The notes: a model not told the origin generated them from the sequence alone. Positions 42,401 through 55,472 are shown, numbered from the stretch's first letter. The stretch is 64,000 nucleotides of DNA from the human T2T-CHM13v2.0 reference genome, Homo sapiens (GCF_009914755.1 NC_060937.1), one strand, 5' to 3'. Made by a program: numbers and translations.

Positions 42401-43899
42401 CTGAAGAAAGAAGCCATGTCTGTTTGACATCTGGTAAACCACTGACCATTCAGGTTAGACACGTAGATCTGGAAGATTGTTTAAAACTCCTGCTAGGGGA
42501 AGTAGAAGAGATATGGGCCAATAATAAAACTTTAGAGAAATATCAGAATAAAAAGGTCAAGCACAGAAAAAAGAGACAGCAAAGGAGTCTTGAAATTAAC
42601 AGGTTGAAGAATGAGAAGAGATATATCTATATTGTCACATCTCTCCGTGTCAAATCCTAACACTGCCCTTTTCTATTGAGACTTTGAAAAAGTATTTAAT
42701 CTCTTATCAATTGCCTCATCAATAAGATATGAATAATAATGCCTACCTTATAGGGTTCTTTTGGGGATTGTCCATATATGAATGTGTATAACATATAGTA
42801 AGTGCTCAACAAATATTAACCCCATCACCTTTTTAAAATATAACAAACACAACATCACCTTGGAGCCCCTGGAGTTGAAAGTTTCAGTTCCAACACTTAG
42901 TAATCATCTCAGGATGTCCAAGACCTGATGTTGTAACCTGCCTTTCGGTTAAGACACCAATATAAATACAGACATTAGGAGGTGAACGTGTGGCAATCAC
43001 CCGGCTTTCAAATGTTAAAAGATCTTTTGTGCTTTCTCCTCCTCTGGATATCTTAATTCTTGCCAAGTGCTATGATAGCATTTTTAAAAATTGAGTATTT
43101 GCAAATATCTGAGGCTGTATAAAGGGCCTACTCTATAACAAATAAGAAATAAAATTATAGATGGAAACTCTATACTAAATAGTACACAAAAGAGACACAG
43201 ATAATGTGTACTAAAATCATTGAAAGCAAATGATAGTCTATACTTATTTAAATGTATTGCTATTATGTAGTAATTTCTGAGTGATTATTATGACTTAAAT
43301 CCCACTTGTTTCGTGGATTCAATTTGTTTCTGGCTGATGTACATCTCTTTCAGTACTTCCATCAGATCCAAGAACTGTATAAACTCTTTGCTTGTCTCAA
43401 AATGTCTTTATTTGGTCCTCAGTTTTTAATGAAATATTTAGTGAAAGAACTTGGATACTGAGTTCTTATTTGATATCCACTCTCTGTCAACCCTTTGAAG
43501 ATGTTATCCTATTGTCCCTGTCATTGACTGTTACAAGTAGATTGCTGCCAGTCTAATTGTTGTTCTTTTGTAAGCTCTTTTTTTCTCGGGTAGCTTTTAA
43601 GGTTTTGTTTTTCTCTTTGATTTTCTGAAATCCCACTATGATGTGTCTAGATGTGAATTTATTGCTATGTACCTTACACAGAACTTAGATTCTTATAGTT
43701 ACAGGTTGCATTCTCCAAAATGAGATACTGTGATGAAGTGTGGCTAGAAACATATTTATTAGGGTGGCAACACCTGGCCTCCCTTCTAGGGGGTACTATC
43801 ACCCTCACTGCAATCATCAAACGAAGTTCTATTACAGCCTCTCTTACTGTCAGCTCTCATCTGCAGAGAACCACCATGGAATGTTAGTGATGCTGATAG

Positions 43900-44400
43900 C
43901 CCTCCCATTGGCTCTATGGGACATCCTGTGTGGCTTTGATAAATGGTGCATCACCTAGGATGGTTATAGCACATAACATCTGGCCAGATGCCTAACCACG
44001 TGCAGAATATCCATTCTGGTTGCTCACTTCCTGGGGCCTCTTAGTCCTTTTCTTCTTGGCAATGTCTGCATCAGTGATTCTAGCATTTCAATGTCACTCA
44101 GTATGGGCCATCATTTTTTCCATGCACTTGGAGGCATCCTAGTAGCAATTTTGAACCATTTATTGGGATCTTTGCCAGGATTAAACTTCTTTATTCTATA
44201 TTTCAGGAGAAGATTCCTAAATATACTTACCTGCCCAATTTTATATTTTGGTGCTCTTGATCAAGTACCCGCAGAATCCCGTCCCACATGTTACTCTCCA
44301 GTTCCTGCCAGGGCATGTTGAGCAGGGCTTGCAGCACCTTCTCCAGTACAGTCCCTTAGGCCCAGCACATCAACAGCTGGATTGTGCTGCACCTTAATTA
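43900..44400 (-). pseudogene. Decayed ERV-L-class gag remnant (internal endogenous retrovirus sequence)
   Basis: Hand translation of the minus strand gives MWDGILRVLDQEHQNIKLG and AWKK*WPILSDIEMLE, resembling recalled HERV-L gag motifs WEWILRVWDNGGRNIKLD and WIKRWPTVSELEMP in the same order. Confidence 0.7.
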
Positions 44401-44944
44401 TTGGCCCCACATCCAAAAGGAGATGTGGAGGCAGATTCTGGAGACAGGAGGAGGACAGGTTGCCTTGGGAGAAAGTCCTTAGCACTTTCCAGGGCACTTT
44501 CCATGATTCCAGAGTGCTGGGAAGCTGCTGTGGAGACTGGGGATGCTCACTCTTCATGGGGAAGACTGGGTGACATCTGCAGGCTCAGAAGGCTGGAGGA
44601 GTCTTAAGAAGTCAAAATCTCCAAGGGCGTCCACCTAGATGTTCCCACGCCATGTGGTCTGGGGCCCAACTTGGCATAACAGACCCATCCTGGTGGGGCA
44701 TTTGACAGCCTATGAAGTTCGCCCCTCACACTCTCAGTTTCTGGGCTTTGTTCTCATTTTTCTCCACCTTCCTGCTAGAGGAGAAAAATTCTTTCTGCAC
44801 AACCACAGAAGACCCCTGGCTTTCCCACCTGGCTTTCTGTTGCTTCTAGTTTATCCTTAGCCTCTCTCCATCTCTCTGGACATCATCAGTGTCATTTAGC
44901 AGCAGACGCTCAATCTGAACAATCACTATTTTGTCCATAATTTA

Positions 44945-45442
44945 TTATTTTTATGTATTTTTATTTCTTTAGGTTTTGGGGGAACAGGTGGTATTTGGTT
45001 ACATGAATAAGTTCTTTAGTGGTGATTTGTGAGATTTTGGTGCACCCATCACCCGAGCAGTATACACTGAACCCAATTTGTAGTATTTTATCCCTCACCG
45101 CCATCCCATCTTTTGCCCCTGAGTCCCCAAAGTCCACTGTGTCATTCTTACGCCTTTGCATCCTCATAACTTAGCCCCCACTTATAAGTGAGAACATACG
45201 ATGTTTGGTTTTCCATTCCTGAGTTACTTCACTTAGAATAATAGTCTTCAATCCCATTCAGGTTGCTGCAAATGCCATTAATTCATTCTTTTTTATGGCT
45301 GAGTAGTATTCCATTGTATATATATACCATAGTTTCTTTATCCACTCATTGATTGATGGGCATTTGGGCTGGTTCCACATTTTTGCAATTGCAAATTGTG
45401 CTGCTATAAGCATGCACGTGCAAGTATCTTTTTTGTATAATG
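44945..45442 (-). mobile_element. 5'-truncated L1PB (PB1-like)
   Basis: L1PB 3' UTR plus ORF2 end (KKLWYIYTMEYYSAIKKNE); perfect 18-bp TSD TATTTTGTCCATAATTTA at 44927-44944 and 45443-45460. Confidence 0.93.
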
Positions 45443-45817
45443 TATTTTGTCCATAATTTAAATGCATGAGATAGCCTATACATCAGAGCATTCCTTTCCA
45501 CTGATTCACCCTCTCAATTCACCACTGGTGAGAGAGTTTTAACAATATGCCAACTTGTGCCAGGGGCTGTAGAAAATAATAACAGAAGAGGGAGTGCCAA
45601 TCATTGCTGCCATACATCTGAGACACTCTGTGACATCTCATTTCATTAGTAAGCATTAACTGTTGACATTTGGGCTTTTCCTGGAAGCCGGAATTGGGAT
45701 TATTTTTTCCTTTAAATTCATTTATGCTGGCTTCCTGGAGTCTGTATAAAGATTTCAAGAGAATCTTGCAGTAATTTACAGATACCATATAGCCTCTGCC
45801 AACAAGAATCCCACGTA

Positions 45818-46136
45818 CAGTAGTCCCTTCTTATCCACAAGGGACCCAAGACCCCTGTGAATGTCTGAAACCACGGATTGTACCAAACCCTACATATTAT
45901 ATACTGTCCTTTTTTTCTATACATAAAGTTTAATTGATAAATTATACACAGTAAGAGATTAATAACTAAAAATAAATCAATTATAACACTGTATTGTAAT
46001 AAAAATTATGTGAATGTGCTCTCTCCTCTTTCTCAAATTATCTTACCTAATTTTGTACTCGCCTAATTTGGGACCATGGTCAACCTCGGGTAACTAAATC
46101 ACGGAAAGTGAAAACACAGATAAGGGGGGACTACCA
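45818..46136. mobile_element. MER44A-like (Tigger-derived) element
   Basis: TIRs cagtagtcccttcttatc…gataaggggggactac; TA on both sides. Confidence 0.85.
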
Positions 46137-47818
46137 TACCTTCAAAACAAGGAAATTGATGTTGGGGTGTTTTGTATCATAATTTGCACTATTCATTGTA
46201 GATTGCTAAGTACTTGTTAAGACACTTAAAAAGAAAAAGAAAAATGTCCTTTCAAATGGGCAACAAATATAAGTCTTTTGACCTTAAACAACCTAAACAC
46301 AAACACAGTTTTAAGTTATAATGACAATATTAGCAAAGGAAATCATCATTTAAGGTAAATTATCTGTGAGATGAAGAATGCTCCTCACTATAAAGGCAGA
46401 ACTGCCTAACAAGGGCATGGACAGTTCAGGTCTCTGCTGTGACAAAGAGCGCTGCATGCACCACCCCGTGAAGCCAGGGAGAGGCACCGCCAAGTGCATT
46501 CAAGGACTCAAAGGAGCACACACTTGTGCAGCCAAGAGAAGCTAAGTATATGGCAAATGATCCAGCCCTCTCTCCAAGGGGAGATTTCAAGTAGGGTATT
46601 TTCAATTAATCTACTGTCTATGCAAACTTTGCAAGGAATTTAATTGGAACAGAGTATTTAAGGGGAATAACTAATGATACAATTGATTGGTAATGACCAG
46701 TAGCTGCACTCGTAAAACCATGGCGCATTCTGAGAATGGCATTTTTGCTCCTGGAAAAGAAAGTTCTAATTATAATGTTTCAGCATTCAAAACTCTGGAG
46801 CTTTTAAATGTTCATGTTCTTTTAGAGAGGAGATAGACTCTAACGGTTTTATAATTGTATGTTAGCAAATGTTGACAGCACTGGAAATCAATAGTCTGAG
46901 TGCTCTGCTCCTCTTAGCTGGCATTAACTAAAATAGCCCTTGTACTAGATCAACTGTCTGGTTTGTCTGGGAAGCAGATTTTTCCTACGTATAGTCCTAG
47001 GTCAAGACAATGGCTTAGGTGTATTTTATCAAGGTGGAGAATATACTATGAAGGCACTGTTCAATTTCCTTTCTTGGCTTCTTTGTATAAAAGAAGACTG
47101 ATTACAACTATGAACTTTCAACATTGCAGATTCTATGTTGTCTGACTAGTAAATGTGAAATCACAACATCTATTCACTGTTAGTTTAAGGCAGGACGGAT
47201 ATGCACTATTATCCAATGTAACTTCAGGCTCTTTCTAGGAAAGATGTCATACCAAATAAAAATTTTCTCAGCAACTGAAATGTCACTGAGTTATAAATTA
47301 TCACATTGTATATAAATTAACACATATCTTGCTCACATATTCTGACATAATTTTCAATACTCTGAGTGTTTCTTAATGTATATACATTGTGAGTACTGTA
47401 GTAAAAATGGAAATTATTTTTTCTAATTTTTTCACAGATTTTATTATTTTCCCTTTTGTAAGCCATTCCATGCTAGTAGACTATCAAGCCACAACTCATA
47501 GGTAATTTCATCCTCACGTTTTCCAAACTTCTAAATTTGCCTTCATAGTTCAAGGTCAGATTTTGACTAAGTGAGAATGGAGTGAGTGGGAGGAAAAAGG
47601 AAAAGCATGAAACCACCTTTGTGAGGGTGATGTGTGTGGGGAGAGGATGAAATGGAAACAGTAGAAAGGAGGAAATGGTATGCAAAAAGTCTTAGACAAA
47701 TTAGGCTTTTCATTCTTGGGCTGTGAGTCAAATGCTTTATAACCCTTTACCACTGTCCTTCAAAATGCTCATTGGCTCACAGATGGTTTACCAGTCTTCA
47801 CCTGTTCTCTATTCTTTA

Positions 47819-47901
47819 TTATTATTATTATTATTATTATACTTTAAGTTTTAGGGTACATGGGCACAATGTGCAGGTTAGTTACATATGTATACATGTG
47901 C
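47819..47901 (-). mobile_element. 83-bp L1PA (PA2/PA3-like) 3' tip with (TAA)n tail
   Basis: tatactttaagttttagggtacatg…gtatacatgtgc; 20-bp perfect direct repeat CACCTGTTCTCTATTCTTTA at 47799-47818 and 47902-47921. Confidence 0.93.
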
Positions 47902-48113
47902 CACCTGTTCTCTATTCTTTAGACACTTCTATGAATGGGATAGTCATTATGACTCCAGGATGGAAATGAGTCTCTAGGCTTCAGGTGGAACTGTGCCTCA
48001 CAGAAGAGTAGTTTGAGAAATGCATCTCCCAACAAACCCATTCAACTTACAGATGAGTAAGGAAGGCACTAGAGAGGTAGATTTAACACCAAGATGAAAG
48101 CTCAAGAATGCGG

Positions 48114-48564
48114 TGTGATAGTTAATATTGAGTGTCAACTTGATTGGATTGAAGGATGCAAAGTATTGTTCCTGGGTGTGTCTGTGAGGGTGTTGCCAAG
48201 AGAGATTAATATTTGAGGAGTGGACTGGGAAAGGCAGACCCACCCTCAATCTGGGTGGGCACAATCTAATCAGCTGCCAGCATGGCCAGAATAGAAGCAG
48301 GCAGAAGAATGTGGAAAGACTAGACTGATTTAGTCTTCTGGCCTACATCTTTCTCCTGTGCTGGATGCTTCCTGCCTTCGAACATCATCAGACTCCAAGT
48401 TCTTCAGCTTTGGGACTCCTGCTGGTTCCCTTGCTCCTCAGCTTGCAGACGGCCTATTGTGGGACCTCACCTTGTGATCATGTGAGTCAATACTCCTTAA
48501 TAAACTCCTCTTATATATACATCTATCCTATTAGTTCTGTCCCTTTAGAGAACCCTAATTCACA
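48114..48564 (+). mobile_element. MLT2A1-like (HERV-L) solo LTR
   Basis: tgtgatagttaatattgagtgtcaacttgattggattgaagg…agagaaccctaattcaca; near-TSD tgcgg/tgggg. Confidence 0.92.
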
Positions 48565-49124
48565 TGGGGTTTGGAGTCCAATAGCCTGAGGATGGGTGCC
48601 ACCTCCACCACCTACTAGCTGTGTGATCTTGATGAGACTAATTTAATTGCCTCTTTAAACTTGAGCATCTTAATTTGCACAATGGGATGTGATTCCTATG
48701 CCAAAGGAGAAATGAGATAGACGTGTTGTGTTCAATGCATTCACATACAGTCAGTGCTCAACTAAAGGCAGTTGTGGTTGAGTTTCCGTGTCTCCTTCCC
48801 TTGTACCTGCCATTGTTCTTTCCACTCTACTACTTAAATTACAAATCATAAATTAAATGAGTGCTCTACTTATAAAAGTATTTGCCACATCATTATTTAG
48901 AGTTATGTTCCCCAATTATGTTGAATGGTCTATTTATACCCTACTAAGTACTTGACAGAGATGTGAGAGAAAATTAGAAAAGGAGAATGTCAAGTTTTCT
49001 GAGCTACCACTAAAAAAAAATGTTAATCTGGAAGTAAAAATCCCTGAAAGTATCATGAAGAAATAAAGAAGCATAATCTTACACAACTTATCAGGAATAC
49101 ATTATTATATGAAGAGGTACATGT

Positions 49125-49564
49125 ATGTATTCTTGTCCTAGGGCAGCTATAACAAATTACCATAAGCTAAATGGCTTAAAACAGCAAAAATTTATTATTT
49201 CATAGTTCTGGAGGCCAGATGTCTGAAATTAAGGTGTTTGCAAGGCCATTCTCCCACAAAAGGCTCTAGGGGAGAATTCTTCCTTGCCTCTTTCTCATTT
49301 CCAGCAATCTCTGGCACTTCCTGGCTTGTAGCTGCATCCTCCAATTTTTGTTTCCGTCTTTATATGGTTATCTTCTGTGTCTGTCCAAATCTCTTTCTCC
49401 TTTCCCTTATGAACACACCAACCAGTGGATGTAAAACCAACCTATTGAGTATGACATCATCTTAACTGTATTAGCAAAGGTGCTATTTCCACCCAAAGTC
49501 CCATTCACAGGTACTAGAGGTTAGTATTTTAACATATATTTTAGAGGGACACAACCCACTACCA
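49125..49564 (-). mobile_element. MLT1C-like LTR
   Basis: tcctagggcagctataacaaattaccata…ggctctaggggagaattcttccttgcctct…gggacacaacccactac. Confidence 0.85.
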
Positions 49565-50142
49565 TGTGTAAAATCAAAAATGTGCTTTAAGGTAACAAGG
49601 CCAATTTTGATGCAGGGCTAGTGGAATTCATCTTGATACCTTATAATTGTAAAATCAATCATAATAATAAGATGTATTTAAAGTGTAATAACATCAAAAG
49701 TACTTTTTAAAGTATTAGTCTTATAAACATTTATTTTCACCCTCAAACCTGGTGTATCTCATCTTTAATACCCAGAGAGATGCAACAAAGACCATGAACC
49801 TTGGTTAGTGTCCTGATTCCACTGCTTACCCTATAACCTTATTAATCATGTCAACACTTTATTAAACTCTGTGCTAACCACTTTACAAACATGATCTCTA
49901 TATCTTCATGCAACCCCATGAGGGAGGTAGTATTATTTCTACTTTATAGATTAGGATTTGGAAGTTTTTAGAGAAGTTAATTGCCTTGTCTAAGACCAAA
50001 CACTTAGTAAATTCTGCTGTAAAGACTTGAGCCCTCGTCTGTCCAACCAGGATGTGCACTTAACCATAATGCTCTTTTTAATTTGAGCAGAAATGTTATT
50101 TCTAGGAGCCTCTCCAAGCTTTAACTTCCTTCCAAGCAGTCT

Positions 50143-50785
50143 GTGATGGTTTGACTCTTTCAGCCATGACTCTGCCCTCTTGGTGTGCCTTCCTATAATG
50201 CAGAGGCTGGAAAGCCTAAAACTGCATCCCACAAATGCTCTTGCAAGTAGGGTTCTGGATGTTAGGCTCCATCACTTAGAGCCTCTCCTGTGTATCTAGG
50301 AGGCCAAAGTGAAGCAGAGGCCATCTCCTTGCCATCTGGGCTGCTTTTCTGCTAGCAAATCAAGTTGTGGGAAGTGAGGTTTGGGAGCAGATTTTCAGCA
50401 TTCATTCTCCAGGTCCTTGGGTTGTAATAGGAAACATGGATGAAGGCAGTGGCTGCACTTCCTATCCCAGTGGCCAGTCACCAGCTCCGTGAATGTAGAG
50501 AGCAGGAAGAAAAGGCAGCTTTCCGCCTAACTTCCTGATCCTTGTATTGTGCCACGGTGGAGTGTTCTTGAACTCAGAAGTTCCAGAGGCAGCTTTGGCA
50601 ATAGTCACTTCCTTGATGGTCAGTTCTGAATTATTTGGGGAGTTATCATTGATGACTAAGACTAGAACCCATTCCTCTAGCCCTTCCAAACATTCTGTAA
50701 ACATCTAACAACCTGAAATGGTTTCCTATCAAAACCTCTTGGAATGGATTCTATTTTATGCACTGAACCATCCTTGATTAATACA
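50143..50785 (+). mobile_element. LTR33-family ERVL LTR
   Basis: gtgtgccttcctataatgcagaggctggaaagcctaaaactgcat…tgcactgaacc…ttaataca. Confidence 0.7.
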
Positions 50786-50826
50786 TAAATCAAGATTAAT
50801 AATCCTTACCCATAGAAGGGTTTTCA

Positions 50827-51125
<299 letters not shown>

Positions 51126-52959
51126 AGTGTTTTCATAAGAAAACTGAATGGAAAAATGTATATAAATGTACATCACAGTGTCTATTTTATTAATTTCCTT
51201 GTGTATTTATTTCTCAGTTCTTCCTATAAAATCAACGGACACTATCAGCCTGTGTTATATATACTCAGCATTTTCCCACAAACACATATCAACATAAAAA
51301 TTGCACCAAAAGTGTATGAACTTGAAAGATAGAACATTTATGTCCATTCTCCTGTCTTGTTTTCTCTTGGTTGACATCCTTCATTTATGCGACATTTACG
51401 GAGAGCTTGTTATATGCCAGACATTGTGTTATGCTTATTTACATAGTAAGACTGTTTTCCTGCCAAACTAAAGGCATTCTCTAAAAAAGATTGAATTCCC
51501 ACTGGAGATGAACCCCAGGCTCATGAATAAATTCTTGACAACCGAGAAACATTTCAGGAACATGAGACGATGTTCACTTTGTGATCTGATCCCAGCAAAG
51601 ATCCTCTCGGTGGAGTCAGATCTGCTGGAATTTTGCTCCTTTAGGAAGTTCACTGTGATTAAAACAAATGGCCAAGGACTAAGGTAATGCCCTCCTAGAA
51701 GGACTATCTTCTTATTCATGTTGAAAATGGGGTTTTGCCCAGTGCTCAGCCTACTGGCCCACTCTGCAGGCTGATAACAGCCCCCAAACCCATCTGTCCT
51801 GAAAGGCCAGTTATATCAGAGAAGCAGGAAAGGCAGGATACACAAGGGAAAGAAATGTTTTCCCAAATTAAAAACTACCTAAGACAATAAGGATAGCCAA
51901 TAGTCCCCAGGTCCACCAAAGATGTGGCATTTGACACCATCATTAAAGAAAGGTGACTTCCCTCCCTCCGGTGCTGGAATCAGGCAAAAATCGGGAAATT
52001 ACTGCAGCATTCCTCTCAGACTGTGACCAGGTGGGTCTCAAGGCTGAAGTATGGTCTGAGAAAGTCCCCCAGAATTTTCCCTAGTAAAGTCTAGGACAGT
52101 TAGGGAACCTAAAAGGTTGGTTCTCCCTTTTTTGAGCACCCCACACATATCTCTAACTATATCTGTGGGCTCACTGTTCTGAAAAGACACCAAGTTTTTC
52201 CAGACAGAAAGGGTCCAATGACCTATTTCTGGTGACCAAGAGAAACATAAAAGCCTCAAAAACCTCAAACACAAAATACTCCCCACCCCCTACATACACA
52301 CATGCTGCGATTTTGTAAAAATGTAATTCGTTGGCTGTTGGATTCGTTTTCTTGCTAAACAAAGGCTGCTCCCTGTTTCCTCATATGATGGGCATAATTA
52401 CCAAAGTGATCCAAGTCTGCACATACTATTTTCCTTCCATTCACTGCAAGTCTGGAACAACAACAAGAGAAGTGACACTCCCAGAAGTGGAATTAACACA
52501 CACCCCACGTACTGCTTTCATGTCTCCTCTGGCTGCCACCTAAAACAGAGTTACAGATCCTGACCCTCCCCATCCTCAGACACAAGGATCACAATTGATC
52601 AAACATTGTGGCAGGTGATTGTTTGGAGGAAGACTGAGATAAATGTAAGCTTTTAAAAACAGCTGGTGTTCTTACTTGAATTAAGAGTTTCGAGATCAAG
52701 CTATGCGATAAAGAAGTGTAATCCCTGACCATCCCTCTGATCTGGATTCTTCTCTCTGCTACTATGGAATATTTGTCAGTGTCTACCATTTGAAGACTAG
52801 GAGGAGGAGAAGGGAACCCTCTGTCTTCCCTCAGATTTTCACTGCCACCTCCACCCCAGCATCTCAGCTGAAATCCACATCTGTTCACAGAAGCCTCCAT
52901 ACTTCCCCAAGTCTGCCCATACACAGGCTTCTGGAGAGATTAAGAAGTTTGACATGGAG

Positions 52960-53294
52960 AAAGGGTGGAACAAGATGGCCAAATAGAAGGCTCCACTGAT
53001 CTTCCCCCTCACACGGATACCAATTTGACAAATAGGGTGACCTAGTATTTGCTAGCACAATAGGATGCACAATAGGTGACAAATCAAAAATAATTTAATT
53101 GTACATTTTTAAATAACTAAAAGAGTACAGTTGGATTGTTTGTAACACAAAGGATAAATACTTGAGGTAACAGAGACCCCATTTACCCTGATGTGATTAT
53201 TACACCTTGTATGCTTGTACCAAAATATCCCATAATGCCCCATAAATATATATACCTATTATATACCAACAAAAATTAAAAATTTAAAACAAAA
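52960..53294 (+). mobile_element. L1MA (MA3-like) reduced to a 5' tip (~52960-53030) joined to its 3' tip (~53031-53294)
   Basis: caagatggccaaatagaaggctccactgatc is L1 5'-start-like; gtacatttttaaataactaaaagagt…cccatttaccctgatgtgattattac is L1MA 3'-end-like. Confidence 0.75.
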
Positions 53295-54336
53295 GTTTTC
53301 TAGGTACTCCAGGATGGTGATGGTGTTAATGAGCACTGGCTAACACAGGGGCAGGCTGAGGGTGAGGCAAGAAGCAGCTCAAATAGACCCTTTGCAATGG
53401 ACTGCAGCGGAGCCACGTGGGGAGATGTGGCATTGGTTGTCCACTTACAGTTTTGCTTTTTGAGTGATTTTTATGGTCTCTGCAAGCCTTCTGCAAGGTT
53501 TCTTGGATGTGCTTTAAATATTTAACTAAGAAGTTAGTGCCTATCTCACCTAAATTGAAGCTGTGCAGGAAGACTGGTAGCAGTATGGCAAAGAGAACGA
53601 TCTGCAAGAGAATGTTAGAGCCATCCAGAAAACAGGTGACTGGTGTCAACAGAGTGGATTTGTAGAACACATGAGCAGTTTTAAGGGAGTTGCAGAAATA
53701 CCTGGGTTGAGACGCAACAAAGTCTGCCTGAAAAACTTTGCCTTGTAAAAGGAGTGGCCACTGAAGGACCAGAGATTCTCTTTGTCCCCATGGCAAGCTA
53801 AGAACTTGAGAAGACTTTGGCATACTGTGATCTTGCCATTTCAACTAGACCTCAGAGGATCTAATGGATTCTCATCAACAGCCAGCAGTTCACAGGCTAC
53901 TTTCTGAAAACAACTGATTCACCAAAACTGAGCCCTAGAAGGCATAAGCATGTGTGGCCATCTCCTGTGGCAATGTCACAACCTGAAACAAACAAATAAA
54001 AAAAGCAGAGAGTCCATATGCCAAAGATCAAGGGTGCAGATGTATCCGGGCATTCCCATTGGGACCTTTATTGTGTGAGCCTGAGAAGGACAGTGAATGC
54101 AATGTATTATAGGTCCAAGGACAACCAAGCTACTGGATAAGAGAAAGGATGCTGGTCTGAGTGAGAATCTCAACTTCAAGCCCTTAATCAGAATATGCTC
54201 ATCTAGTTCTGTCTCAGTTCCCCTGTTCATAATGGCAGAAGAGAGGCAAGGGACTCACAAGACAATCTGCAATGCTCTTTACAGCTTGATGACTCAAAGC
54301 AGGAGACAGAATTGTGGAAGGTGGTGCTGTGGTGTG

Positions 54337-55357
54337 AGCCCTAGGCTGGGTTCCCAGACCAGCCCACAGGGAAGCTTCTACCTCTGTTGCAACCAGGAAG
54401 TAAGGAATGAGGAAGCTGCCACCGCCCCTGCCACATTCCAGGACACACACCACCAGGGCTGCAGTCTAGGAATCGGGAGCCTGGAAGCATGAAGCTGCCA
54501 CCACCACTGCAAACTGACTCTTTATACCCCTGGAGCTGGAGTGAAGAGGTTCATGTATTTATTCCCTGAATGATCATCAAAAACAATTTACCCAATCTGC
54601 CTGCAGTGAGGGCAGCTTCATCCACACAGGAAAAGAAACTGGGATTTGGGACATTTTTCAAAAGTGAACACAAAGAACGCATATGTTCTAGAAAAAGCAC
54701 CAGACTAATTAAGTGAATGAGCTTTGAGAACAGACAGATCTGAGTACACAGACTGCCCCCACCAGATACCTGCCTCATTTTCCATATCAGTAAAGTGGGG
54801 GTAATAATTCTACCTATATTGCTCTGCTATGACAACAGTTACATGAGGTGATGCACATAGTGTACCTAGCACAGTGCTGGAAGAGGGTGCCAGCTATGCT
54901 CGGGCATCCAGCCACCTCCTTCTCCTGTGCCTTCCTGTATTGCAGACCCCTGTTGGATGACAGAGTTGGGAAGCTAAAAGCCACCACAGCTAGAGTTCTG
55001 CATGCCAATCAGGGTCTGTGTGGCAGATGCACTGTCATGCAATTTGGAAGGCAGAATCCAGGAGACGCCCAGCGCTGCTACTTCTGGCTTTCTGCTGGTA
55101 AGTAAGGTTGTGGAGATGTGGCATTTCTGCAGTGGTGTCCCACTGTCCAGACACTAACTCTAAGGGTGTCAAGAGGCAGTTTGCAGTGGTGGTGGCAGCT
55201 TCATGCTCCCAGCTTCCCAATTCCTGGACTGCAGCCATGGTGGTGTGTGTCCTGGAATGTGGCAGGGTCAGTGGCAGCTTCCTCATTCTCCCCTTCCTGG
55301 TTGGAACAGAGGTAGAGGCTTCCCTGGTGAGCTGGTCTGGAAGCCCAGCCTGGGGCT
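54337..55357. repeat. Inverted repeat: arms 54337-54543 and 55152-55357, ~610-bp spacer
   Basis: Manual alignment shows about 25 differences over ~200 bp; paired ORF-track peptides (VCVLECGR…GSFLI…FLV.TEVEASL) occur on opposite strands. Confidence 0.95.
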
Positions 55358-55472
55358 GGCCACCCCCACCACTTCCCATGATTGTGTGAGCACCACCTCC
55401 CGACACTAATCCCTTCCTGCTTAAAACACCAGGCATCTTCCAGATCCCTGCAGTGAACTCTGACAGTTATGC
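54895..55472 (+). mobile_element. LTR33-family ERVL LTR containing the right arm of the inverted repeat
   Basis: tgtgccttcctgtattgcaga…gttgggaagctaaaa…aatcccttcctgcttaaaa…tgaactctgac; similar layout to 50143-50785. Confidence 0.65.

Noticed and set aside
53326-53844. 172-aa minus-strand ORF
   Set aside because: No recognisable protein features or splice support.
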